A stretch of 63,906 nt of DNA, counting the filler, from Atractiella rhizophila (Eukaryota): the NCBI GenBank assembly GCA_021432655.1. It is 9 parts of 9 records of this genome, joined end to end, with 100 filler letters (N's around TTAATTAATTAA, not from the genome) between each part and the next. Parts side by side here need not be neighbours in the genome. Positions count along the whole stretch, not along the records: positions 23,633 to 31,338 come from MU272198.1; positions 31,439 to 39,144 come from MU272199.1; 7 more parts are not named here. The stretch is one strand, 5' to 3'. Position numbers and translations under genes: made by a program. Positions 28,426 to 39,244 of the stretch are shown here, in pieces; position 1 is the stretch's first letter, and every line of letters begins with the position of its first letter. Under the pieces are notes generated by a model, which worked only from the letters and a program-made list of their open reading frames with translations, was not told the DNA's origin and ran no database searches.

Positions 28426-29490
28426 CTTGCTTATGTCTCATGCCTCTTAGTACAAGCATACAAGCAAGACAGAACGATGTAGCAACTCTCTTGTGTATTT
28501 GCAGAATAACTGGCCACAAATCTATTGCCACCGTGTGGAACGTACTAGCAGACCAGCATAGCAGCAACCGTCAGAACCCGCACCGTTCACTGTGGGTATC
28601 TCCTGGCTTCATTCATCTCATTTACCATTCATGCTCACAATTTCAGTGCGACAAACAAATATTGACGATTGAACACGGCCGAAGACGATTCCAATCCTGA
28701 CTGCATTGTAATCATGGTGCCTATCAATCTGGTTATCGATCTCATAGTGAGTATTGCATCATTCAGCCCTCTCAGTTTTTTTTTCGGTATTTGGGCAAAA
28801 ACATATCTTCATTTGTCCAATAGTCGATGCCCAGTACGCAATATTGATGTATATAAGTATGAGATTCGTTTATAACAACTCCCTCTCATTGACAGGCGGA
28901 ATAGACACTTCTTCAGTCATCGCATGGATCACAACGCTGATGCGGTATAGTTCCACTACAGTCGACCATAATTTCATCCACATTACAACGTACGAGCAGC
29001 AACTAGCATCAGATGCTAACGATGGTGAGGGTTTAGCAATGTCAGGAGCATGCATCATGAGAACAGGGGTATTCCTTCGCGGAGAGAAAGCTCATTATTT
29101 TTTCACTTCGACACGAAAGTCCTACCAACGAGTGTTGTATGTTATGAGTAGTCAGAAGTACCTCTAGCACTAGCTCCATATACTAGTGGAAGCTCCTGAG
29201 CACGTAACCCCTGAATGCAACACTCCTCCTCTTTGGTGAAAACACGACACTTGAGCGCTCACCTAGGCCGCCCGCCTCTACTCTATTTGCGTGACATTCA
29301 GCCTTCTAGCTCTATGGTGTCGTTTGTTGGTTGTGGTGGTTATGAGTGAGAGTGATCGGCGGAAATGTGGCAGAGCGATGAAGTAACAACCAAGTCTCAG
29401 AAAGCATCTCCAAACCAATCAATCTGTCGGATCAACGCCCTTGTGAGCATCCATCTTATCATTTACAGCGAGGGTAGGCACTGGCTGACC

Positions 29491-31338
29491 ATGAATCCTC
29501 GTCCAGCCAACTCACTCCGACGACCTCGTTCGTTATCGTCGACTTCGCCTTCCAACGAGCCCCCCCTCAAACGTCCCCGCAGGTCTCAACCGGCTCCCAT
29601 CCCTCCTTCCACCTCCCAAGCCAACAACCCGATGAAGTCTCCCTCAGCCAAATCAGATTCCCTGCCCGAAAGAAGCGCTCTCAAACCAGCTTTGGCGGCC
29701 TCAGCCACCAATGGAACGTCCAATGGACTTTCCATCTCTCTGAATGGGAAGGGCAAAGAGAGGGAGAGGGAGATTTGGGAGGGAAGCGGGTTCGAGAGAG
29801 AGGAGGTCGTGAGACTTAGCTTGCAGATGTTGAGGGACGCTGGTTATGCGTGAGTACTACTAAGCTTTGTCTCCTTGATTTCAGATGTGAATTGGGTCGT
29901 TTCGGGAAAAGGGAGACAGCGGAAACGCTACAGAGAGAGTCGGGGATCAGTCTAGAAACTGACACCATCACTGCTTTCAAACATGGCATTCTGAATGGCC
30001 AATGGGAAGCCATTTCAAAGATTCTCACGGACGGAGCTCTACCCCTGAACTCGAAGGAAGCATTGACAGTACGTTCTACGTCATCCTTCATGTCTCCCTG
30101 GGCTAACCACATTCTTCCATAGAATGTCAAGTTTCTCATAGCTCAGCAGAAATACCTGGAATTATTAGAGAAGGGAGACGACAGGAAAGCTATTATGTGT
30201 CTTCGGAACGAGATAACACCCCTTAACCATAACGTCGACAAAGTCGCCTTTCTTTCCAGGTTAGCCTCCACTTATAAGGGAATGCCTTTGTTTACTCGAG
30301 AAACAGCCTCATGATGTCTCCTGTCGAAGATATCAAGGAGCGGGCTCATTGGGATGGCGCGGCAGGTAGTTCACGACAGCACCTTCTCACATCAATACAA
30401 GGTCCGCAGTCTCTCTTCCTCCACACTATATCTCATCTATAGCGCTTGGATAGCAAACATACCCCCTTCTCTCATGCTCCCACCACGGCGTTTCCTCTCC
30501 CTTCTACAACAAGCCGTAAAGCACCAAGAGAAGGCATGCTTATATCATCTCCCTCGGTCGACTCCCTCGCCACCACACCATTCCCTCCTCGTCGACCATC
30601 GCTGTCCCTCAACACTCTTCCCAATACGGAACGCAGATACGCTTCGCGCCCATCGAGACGAAGTCTGGCTCTGTAAGTTCAGTAACGACGGTCGACTACT
30701 CGTTACCGCAGGAAGGGACAATCGAGCGATTATTTGGGCGGTCCCTGATCGGCCAGGAGACAGTTGGAGGATCCTTTGGGACCTCGACGACCATGAATAC
30801 CATGTCATGGTGGTGGCGTGGAGCCCAGACGATACGTTGCTCCTGACGAGTTGCGAAGAGATCATGCGCATGTGGCGGGTATCGGTATGCATCCCTATCC
30901 TATTCCCCTCTCTATATAGATGAATGGTGATTGATGGACTGTGGTAAAGGATGGAAAGCTTCTCAACCGAATAGACCAACACACGTATCCCATCGGCTCC
31001 CTCTGTTTCCTCCCAGACGGTCAATCCTTCGTTTCCTGCAGCATGGACATGAAAGTGCTCTTCTGGGACCTCTCAGGACAAGTCACTAACATGTGGACCG
31101 TCTCTCCCACTCGACTTGTCGAGATGTGCATCTCACCCGATGGCAAGCGTCTCGTGGTCGTTGGACGTGCAGAAATACCGCTAGAAGAACTCAACGGAGG
31201 GGTAGGTGGCAGGGCTGGTCGAGGGGGCTCGTCTAGCTCAGATAGCAGTGATGTCGCTTATGGAAGGATGATGAGCACTAGCGTGACGAGACTAGAGCGG
31301 AGGATCCACTTCTACGATGTGGAGAATATGCGGGAAGA
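29491..31338 (+). CDS. WDR26/Gid7-like LisH-CTLH-WD40 protein (GID/CTLH E3 ligase subunit), 3' truncated
   Basis: REEVVRLSLQMLRDAGY-ETAETLQRESG (LisH), FKHGILNGQW (CTLH), KFLIAQQKYLELLE, LPPRRFLSLLQQA..CLYH..SLLVDHRC, HRDEVWLCKFSNDGRLLVTAGRD and further WD repeats. Confidence 0.92.
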
Positions 31339-31881
31339 NNNNNNNNNNNNNNNNNNNNNNNNNNNNNNNNNNNNNNNNNNNNTTAATTAATTAANNNNNN
31401 NNNNNNNNNNNNNNNNNNNNNNNNNNNNNNNNNNNNNNCCGATATGAAAACCAAATCCTTTCGGTTTTAACACTCGCACTTGCTCGAAGGTCAAAAATTC
31501 GTGAAAAAGACTTTGCGACGGAGCTGATATATCCGGGAGATAAATATGTTTAACGTGCGAGCACCGGCTAGGGTTACAAATGACTTGCTTAAAAATATAG
31601 TCAGATGATTTCCACAACCTGTCCCTCCTGCCAGTGTGCTTGGCGCCACGGCTGACGAAACGACTTAGCTTCATGCCAGTTGGCTGGAATCAACGCACAT
31701 GTCTTCCCATCCTGCTCTTGGTTATCTAAAACCAAGGCACCTGTCGCAAAAGTCTGATCGATCTGATTATGCATCTCTGCCTCCACTTTTGTGGCATTGG
31801 CATTGGTGGACGAACGCGGTAACGAAAAGGCAAGCTGCCCCTGAGGGTATTAAACTTTTGTCCAGCGACAAACTGAGCAGA

Positions 31882-32083
31882 GGTTGGCGTCCGTCGGCGT
31901 TAAAACTGGTTCAAAAGTTATTGGACTAGTTTTGTGGGCAAATCTCCTCAAAATCTGAGGAAAACTTTTTTTGCCGCCTCCGGTCGGTTTCGCAAAAAGA
32001 AAAAAGTTTTGCACTCGGATTTTGAGGAGATTTGCCCACAAAACTGGTCCATTAACCAGTTTTAACGCCGACGGACGCCGACC
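31882..32083. repeat. About 200-bp long inverted repeat (foldback / MITE-like)
   Basis: Perfect 26-bp arms 31886-31911 / 32054-32079, 38-bp arms 31922-31959 / 32014-32051 with 2 mismatches, and inner AAAACTTTTTT / AAAAAAGTTTT arms. Confidence 0.92.
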
Positions 32084-32779
32084 CTCGGGGCGACAGGTCT
32101 GCTGTAAAAATGACAGCAAAATGATGGCGACATGTCATTTGACTAATCTGTAATTTGCCACAATAAACCTAAAAAATAATCAAATGAAGTGGAAACCGGT
32201 GCAAAACAAAGGAAAAACTCTGAGCTAGGTGGTGAAAATTGTCACTAGGTCGAACTAAATTTCAATTCAATTAATGGTTAAACGATGAGTCCGCTGAGTC
32301 GATCCCTTGCAAGAACCATCATGCCTGCCATCATGCGTGCATAACTGGACTCGCCACGCCATTGACGTCGCGAATACTGACCAATAGTAACAGACCTCCA
32401 GAGCGAACAACTTTTGACGCTGTGGACCAAACAAGACCGTGGACGTCCTTCCCCATTCTGAGCCAGCGTCTGCCAACCTCCCATCATCTTTCCAGGCATC
32501 GAACGTCGTCTGCCGTCAGTTTACCTGGAATTACTGCACAGTTTCTTTGTTGCCTGAGGTACTAGCTCCTCCATCCCTTCAATCCAAGGACCAACATGCC
32601 ATTTTCACATCACCCTACAGGTATCACACCTAGAGCACACGAGGATGGATCTCGTGGGATAGCATCGAGTTCAACGGGGTCGACGGGCTCTACTCGATTG
32701 TCTCCTCCTTTCTTGAAAGCAGAGGACGTGGTAAGGAACACCTTGTGTAAGTGTCTCCACCTGATTTCGCGAAGAGTTC

Positions 32780-33817
32780 ATGAAGTCAACACTGAGCGAG
32801 AACTTGTTAGCGAGTTTGGGACGAGATGGCCTGACAATGAGTTTGGAAGAATTTTCGACGTATCACAACCCAGTTCACTCCTCTCTACCGCCAACACGTC
32901 AGTCATTGTGGGCCGTTAGCTTTCCACGGCACAGAAGAGACGCTTCTATAACCCAAACTTTTTCATGGATTTACCATGAATTCTTTTATCCGCTCGTGAG
33001 ATTTGAGGTCACCATCCTGGCCACCAAGTTCGACGGTCCCAATCTTCACGTTAAAAGTTCGTTCCGGACCATATGCGAAGACCCAATTGAAGACATAGCT
33101 GCAAGGGGTGACCTGTCTGACTTTTTCCATCCAGATCATGATGTGGACGGACGGTACTACTTGGTGCACAGGGCCCTCACTTTCACGACGGTCCGACGAC
33201 CAGAACTGCTGGCGCGTCGTCTTCGTACGAAACCCAACGCGAAGGCGATGACGAGCGCTTCAAGTAGTTACGACTCATATCTGCGATTGAGCTATTTTGC
33301 TAGACGCCTTCGAGAATTAAAGACGGCTTTATATCCCTCGTTGGCCCTCTCTGCTCTCGCAGCTTCAATTGCTGCCAATCCTACCGCTTCCTTTGAGGTC
33401 CGAAGCGGCTGTGCCATAACAGGAACGGTCATCTCCTCCATTTCATGTGTCCTCTCCATGGCTAGCATAGTCGTCGAAATCCTGGAGGGGAGAATAATAA
33501 GACTTATTCTCGAAGTCACTCCACCAGTCTCCTCATCCGTTGATGTCATTCCACCAGCCTCCTCATCCGTTGTCCGCTCAAATATCTTACGAAGAATCAG
33601 TTCTCTGAAACGCTGCGCAGCAATCCTCATCGCTCTAGCAGCTGTGGCGGCTTCCATCGCCGCGCATCCTGGCATTCCTCAGGACACCAGGAAAGCGTTT
33701 GCCATTGCCGGTGTTGTACTTGCCGCCACTGGTTGCGTTCTCTACATCCTCAGCAGCGCAACTTCCACTTTCTCCGAGGAGAGTAGAGTATTTCGGAGTA
33801 GGGAAGGGGGAGTTTAA
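32780..33817 (+). CDS. Uncharacterised protein with two tandem copies of a two-TM-helix module; possible upstream exon from 32596
   Basis: 345-aa ORF. LRELKTALYPSLALSALAASIAANP..RSGCAITGTVISSISCVLSMAS aligns by eye with ISSLKRCAAILIALAAVAASIAAHP..RKAFAIAGVVLAATGCVLYILS. Confidence 0.65.
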   Translation: MKSTLSENLLASLGRDGLTMSLEEFSTYHNPVHSSLPPTRQSLWAVSFPRHRRDASITQTFSWIYHEFFYPLVRFEVTILATKFDGPNLHVKSSFRTICEDPIEDIAARGDLSDFFHPDHDVDGRYYLVHRALTFTTVRRPELLARRLRTKPNAKAMTSASSSYDSYLRLSYFARRLRELKTALYPSLALSALAASIAANPTASFEVRSGCAITGTVISSISCVLSMASIVVEILEGRIIRLILEVTPPVSSSVDVIPPASSSVVRSNILRRISSLKRCAAILIALAAVAASIAAHPGIPQDTRKAFAIAGVVLAATGCVLYILSSATSTFSEESRVFRSREGGV

Positions 33818-34519
33818 CTTCTTGGAAGGATGAACTCGGGATATGCTGAGGAGAGCAAGGTCCCAGGTTCTTTCTCTTCGCATAGTAGGTATGGTTTGGT
33901 GGAGACGGGCTGGTGGGACTGGGACTAGAGATTACTTAGGATTGCGATTTGGAGGGTGGAGCGGGCGTACCGGCTTGGAGGATTGTGGGCGTTTCCCATA
34001 CAGGATCAACCGCGTATCGGTTGCTGGATACACGCGGTCGTCAGACCTAATTGGCGGATGACTGGAACGAACCCTTTCGTGGTGCAGCAGGAGTGCCACG
34101 GCGCGAGGTGACCGAAGGTGTAATGGCTGATGATGACTTTACTTCACAACATCCTTGAGGCAGTTTACAACAACGTCGAGTCTGTTCAACAGATCATCTC
34201 TGTCATGGTTTCATTATCATTCTCCCAAACTACACCGCACAGGACCTGATGAAGTCATCTTCCCCTTCAAAGTCCGGTTCTCTGACACATTTCAAAAAGA
34301 CCTGAGCATTCCCTCCAGGTAGGATCGGATCTTATTTCGAAAAGAGGCTGGTGGAATGGAGAACGGAGTTGGTGGTGGGCCAGACAAGGAAGGTATCAGC
34401 GTTCTCTCTGTTGATGTTCCCCGTTTCGCCAAGGACAACATTTAGGCAGGAGCAGAGAAGGATGGATGATGAAGGATACTGGTGAAGGGAACAATGCTCT
34501 TATCTTGAGCTGGGCTCAT

Positions 34520-35200
34520 GAATCAGTTACAGTACTTACTTGTATCATGACCTGTACACGCTATGCTTGTCACACAGTTTTGGAAACCTTCAAAACCACC
34601 AACCCATACAATGTATGGGTTGTCTGTGGGTGGAAGAAATAAGCTGCGAGGCATGAGGGAAGGGTTATGGGCTAGGATTCTTCTCACCAAATTCCAGAGG
34701 AACCTGCAGGCTCTCATCATGATTTGGTCATTGGAATTCCGGATTGCACAAGCATGTCTTAGCTGCTCACAGGCTGACTGTGCTGGACCTACCTGGTCCA
34801 CAACATGATGGCGGTCGAATCACATTGAACCAGAAACATGACCCTAACCCTAAATGTAGAATGGAAGAGGGACCAAGTAAACAAGATCTCTCTTCTCCTG
34901 TCCCCATTGTTTGTAGAAAAACGCTTCAGTGTATTTCGATCCTGGATGGTGAATGTTGTGGATGGATTTGAGAAAGTCGAGCCGTTTGGACGCCTGCCGC
35001 AAAGATGTTGCAGCATTTGCATACTTTCGACGAAGAGTTACAGCTATAGACACGCCTGTGAGTCTGCTGGAACAAGTGGACGACATACCAAGGCTCACAA
35101 GTCTTTCTTCAACAATGTGCTGAGCTCGAAACTCAATGGTCTGGAGGCGGTTGTTACGTGTCATGTAACTGCATCCTCCAATTACCCTGTATGAAAATTC
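34520..35200 (-). mobile_element. Degenerate fragment resembling the C-terminal part of a fungal KDZ (Kyakuja-Dileera-Zisupton / CxC-associated) transposase
   Basis: MTRNNRLQTIEFRAQH..LRRKYANA..L..IHNIHHPGSKYTEAFFYKQW resembles, from memory, the region downstream of the KDZ core. Broken reading frames, locally CpG-poor. Confidence 0.45.
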
Positions 35201-36099
35201 CTTCTGTGTATGTGGACTGGCTGCAGTGAGCCTCTCTTTCTCTTCCGCTAATATGGATACAAGGGCTGTGGCGTAGGTTGTATGAGGTGTCAACACTAGA
35301 CCATGAACTGCAGTCCTTTCGCACCTCCCTCGCTACGGCAGATCAATTTGACACTGCATTCCAAGGAGGGAGGGTGATTCTTCAGCACTTGATTTCATTC
35401 AAGGAGCGACTGTATGACGGGGATAATTTTCACCAGCTTTATTTCATCGATCTGCCACCAACCATTTTCGTCAGCCTTGCCCCTGACCTGCTCAACCTCA
35501 TGTATAAATCTGCTTTTGTCAATTCTCTCATCATTTACCTTAGCCGAATCATCCACTGTCGACCGGAAAGTCATTACAGCTCAATTGCAGCGACAATCAC
35601 TCAATCTGCTGAAGACCTTGGTGTTTGCTTTTGGCAGGGCTGGAAGCTTCAAACCTACAAGTTGTATGACCGCATTAACCGGAAACAATATCCTGATATT
35701 TGCAAGGTAAAAGTATCGCTGGATATCTGTGTGTTTTGATCGCATGGTTTCAGCTGGTTGGATTTCAACGAAACCAAAGACGTTTTTGGACCAAATCCAC
35801 GAGGACGAAGTGAAATCAGGACGAACTCAGCTGTCAGAAAATAATTTTATAATCGGAGCATTTGGTTGTTTTGTGATCATGATAATAAATAGTTGCGATA
35901 AGGAAATCCCCTTGGCGACCGGCGAATTCAAGTTGCGTTGGCGTTGCTTGAAATGGTGACAAGATTTGTTGGCTTTGGTTGGCTGCGAAATACATGTTCA
36001 GAATCTTAAAATCGGATATCCGACTGGCTTCCAGGCTAAAGAGGCCCAATGTTAAGATCATTGAGATCTCGAGAGCTGAGAACTGAGAACATTATGTTT

Positions 36100-37830
36100 G
36101 CAGAAAAGGTGTTTTGAGGGGACACTTCAGCAAGAGAGCCGAAACAAGTTAGACTCATTGGTGCGTTTAGAACAAGACCCAATCTACTCTTGAACAGTTT
36201 GAGGGCTTGGAAGATGAAACGGCTGGATTGTTGGCTGTTGAGGGCACAATCGAAGTTTCTACTTAGCAGAAAGTCGCTCCTCGTCGAAGCGTAGTCGGAG
36301 TTTTGAGAGGGAGAGGAAGCGGAGACAACGTCAGCAGGATCGAGAACCTACAGATAGTCGTTCGTCACGGTGTATGGGGAGAGAACTGTGTATGGGAAGA
36401 ACGATCATTGGGGAAAATCTTTCCAGAAGCTCGTTCTTCTGAAAACTCTTGTATTTCCTCTTCATCATATATAGAGCTACGTTGACTCAATCTAAGCGCC
36501 CTGACATACCATTCAATCAACCAACAACCATGAATTGCTGCGGAACAACTCTTTGTCATGTAAAGCTAGAGGTTGGTTCCTCTTGGCTCCAAGTTGGAGC
36601 GCGCACAAATCGCCCAATGGATCGACAGGCATCTTGTTGCGTTTTTCGCACAACGCAAAATGCTGATTGCTCCAAATAATCAGCGAAATACCGAAAATGG
36701 TCTGTCAGTACTTGCCAGCTCGTGCAAAAATCATTAGAAAGTACTCACTGCACGTATCTCGGATGGGCTTTTGTTGTTAAATTGAAACCTACACTCTGCA
36801 ACACATCGTTGGAAACCGACAAAGTTGTTGGTTGTGTCATCCGGGTCATAGGTTCTTCCCCCGACTACCCTTGCATCAGAACAATACACTGGGTCGGATC
36901 AGACTGACCAGATTGAACGTAAGATCCTTCCGGGAAAATGAGAGGGGTGTCGAAATGCTGAATTCAGGTCAATTTGTGTCCACAAGAAGGAAAAACACGA
37001 ACAGAAACATCGTTGCCTGCACTGTGCCATGCTCTCAAGATGCTGACAGGATAGATTACACAACGCCGCGAACTCCAAAGATAAACTTGTTCGCAGGGAT
37101 TAAGGATGAAGTTAGGGGACAGGAGTGTAGCATCGTGCATTGAACGCTAATTGATCGTTCCATGACCCAGTGAGAAAAAAGCAACGACAGACGACAGAAC
37201 TCAAGTTAAATCAGATCTCTGTAACCGAACTTACCTCAACAGAGGGGTCAAGCACGTCTCCGAGCAGACCGCTCTTCTGACCAGTTTCCTCATTCTCTCC
37301 GCTACCCAGAGCCGTCTCGCCACAAATGCCGATATTGCCTGTGAGATGATGTCAGAGTTTGGCACCGTTTTAAGCTGCATTCGTGCCACTGTCATTTGTG
37401 GCTCTAGTTTTCTCTCCCCTTTGCCGTTTCTCTCTTTTTGCCGAGTTCCTTAAGGTATAAAAAGTCCATTATAACTTCATTGTAATTCATTCCTTTCAAC
37501 CCCTGGAATCAACAGATGACGTGCATGATGCCGTGAACCGTGAAGGCCGTCATGAGCACCTATCTGCGGATTGTTGATTCTATTCCCCTTCGCTCCATTC
37601 ACTAGATCGGCAATCTCAGCGGAGGGAGACTGTTGGAGCCTAAGGTCACGATTAGTCACTCGTTGAGGAAAGAGGGAAACAATCAAATTGGCGAGGTTGA
37701 AGCGGTAAGGCAAGTCTGGGCGAGAGGACGCGGAACTATTGGCTGTATTCGCGCCTACAGCAGCTGAGCAGGTAAGGCGCGGTGAAGGGATGGAAGAAAC
37801 CGAGGACGAGCTGGGTGAACCCAACATGCC
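36100..37830 (-). CDS. Possible multi-exon hypothetical gene or pseudogene, product unrecognised
   Basis: Several minus-strand splice signals (CTGAC..CAG near 37340, GTAAGT near 37234, GCTGAT..CAG near 36665) flank short open exons. No recognised domain. Confidence 0.35.
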
Positions 37831-37968
37831 GGAGTTCCTGACCGTAGTTGTAGCAATTCTACGCGTCGTCTTGTGGTGCTTGGTGAATCCTAGCTCTTTT
37901 ACAGGCAAGCGGAAAGAGGACCCTGAACATTCTGTTCTCAGGGAATAAGTTGGTTCTGGATGGATGAT

Positions 37969-38061
37969 CCGCATACGGTGGGTTGGCCATTCGCATATGG
38001 TGGATCAAATGGCCATTCGCATACGGTGGATCAAATGGCCATGCGCATACGGTGGATCAAA
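37969..38061 (+). repeat. 26-bp tandem repeat, 3 full copies plus a partial copy (TGGCCATTCGCATACGGTGGATCAAA)
   Basis: Copies at 37984-38009, 38010-38035 and 38036-38061. The first and third each differ from the middle copy by one base. No spacers. Confidence 0.92.
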
Positions 38062-38489
38062 ATGCCCACAAGGGATCAAACTGCTGAAGCCGCCCAAAAG
38101 CCTTTCGCAAAACCCTGGAGGTGACCAGTTTGACAGAAAAGTTCCTGTGCCGATTCAAAGAAAACCCGATCGAATCCACATTCAAAGGCCGAATTGTAAC
38201 TACATAAGAGGGGTAATATTAATGGGCTTGCTTTGGCAAAGAAATGATCCCGTTCATCATTGTTTCCCTTCTGACGGTCATATTCAAAATCTCCAACTGG
38301 ACCACGAGCCACGTCACACACCAACAAGAACAGCAGGAGCAAACGCTCAAAAGGCAAGAGCACTTACTTTGAGAGCAGCTCAAGCAAGAACAACTGCTCA
38401 ATGTGTCCTACTGGATTCTACTGATACTCCTTGCACTGTTGTTTTGTTTTTGTATTTTTGTATGTTTTCCTGGCCGCGGTGCTAAGCCC

Positions 38490-39144
38490 TTTGACAGTTG
38501 GTATGCAGAGGTATCGTGAGGGGAGTTACGCTTCGGAAGAAAGGTGCAGGAAGGGGGATTCATCGGTCTGATTTTATCTGTTCAACTTATGGCTGGCTAG
38601 AAGATGCAGAAGAGCAGTTGGAATATGGGAAGGCCCATGAAGGCTATTGGGTGGCTGAGAAGCGTATGCTTTTCAGGTTCGGTCAGCCATGAGCTTTGAA
38701 GGTGATTTTTTTGCAGGTGGAGAAAAAGTTTATACCAGTTTTCGAGAGACTGCATCCTGGGCAGACAGCTCTTGTTGTCTTTGATAATTCCACAGGGCAC
38801 GGCGCAATGGCAAGTGATGCACTCAATGCAAAGAACATGAACTTGGGGCCAGGTCAGTTGGTTCTTTTCTTGGCAAGTCAATGTTGATGGAATCTTTTGA
38901 CAGGTGGGAAGCAGCCGGTGATGCGTGATGGGTGGTGGTCTAAGGATGGTATAAAGGTACCTCAACCAATGATGGATGTACAAGGAGTCCCAAAAGGGAT
39001 GAGAGCTGTATTGTAGGAGCGAGGTCTCTGGAGGCCAGGCCCACGTGCAAAATGCAAGCGCGTTGTGGATCACACTGATGACAACATGTGCTGTGCAGGT
39101 AAGGTTTGTTTATCACAGGTTGAAGAAGAAATCTGAAGCTGTCA
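38490..39144 (+). mobile_element. Intron-containing DDE transposase pseudogene (IS630/Tc1-mariner-like fungal family), truncated by the scaffold end
   Basis: KKGAGRGIHRSDFICSTYGWL..YGKAHEGYW-KFIPVFERLHPGQTALVVFDNSTGH..DALNAKNMNLGP-GGKQPVMRDGWW..PKGMRAVL*ERGLW..CCA. In-frame TAG at 39014-39016. Confidence 0.8.
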
Positions 39145-39244
39145 NNNNNNNNNNNNNNNNNNNNNNNNNNNNNNNNNNNNNNNNNNNNTTAATTAATTAA
39201 NNNNNNNNNNNNNNNNNNNNNNNNNNNNNNNNNNNNNNNNNNNN

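Noticed and set aside
34128..34250. TGATGA...CTGA pair as a C/D snoRNA
   Set aside because: No terminal stem or recognisable rRNA-complementary guide.
34842..34853. CCCTAACCCTAA telomere-like motif (also about 18351-18361)
   Set aside because: At most two units, internal; compatible with chance, and the second lies in a probably reversed block.
37984..38061. 26-bp repeats as a possible CRISPR array
   Set aside because: The units are directly adjacent with no spacers, the context is eukaryotic, and there are no cas genes.
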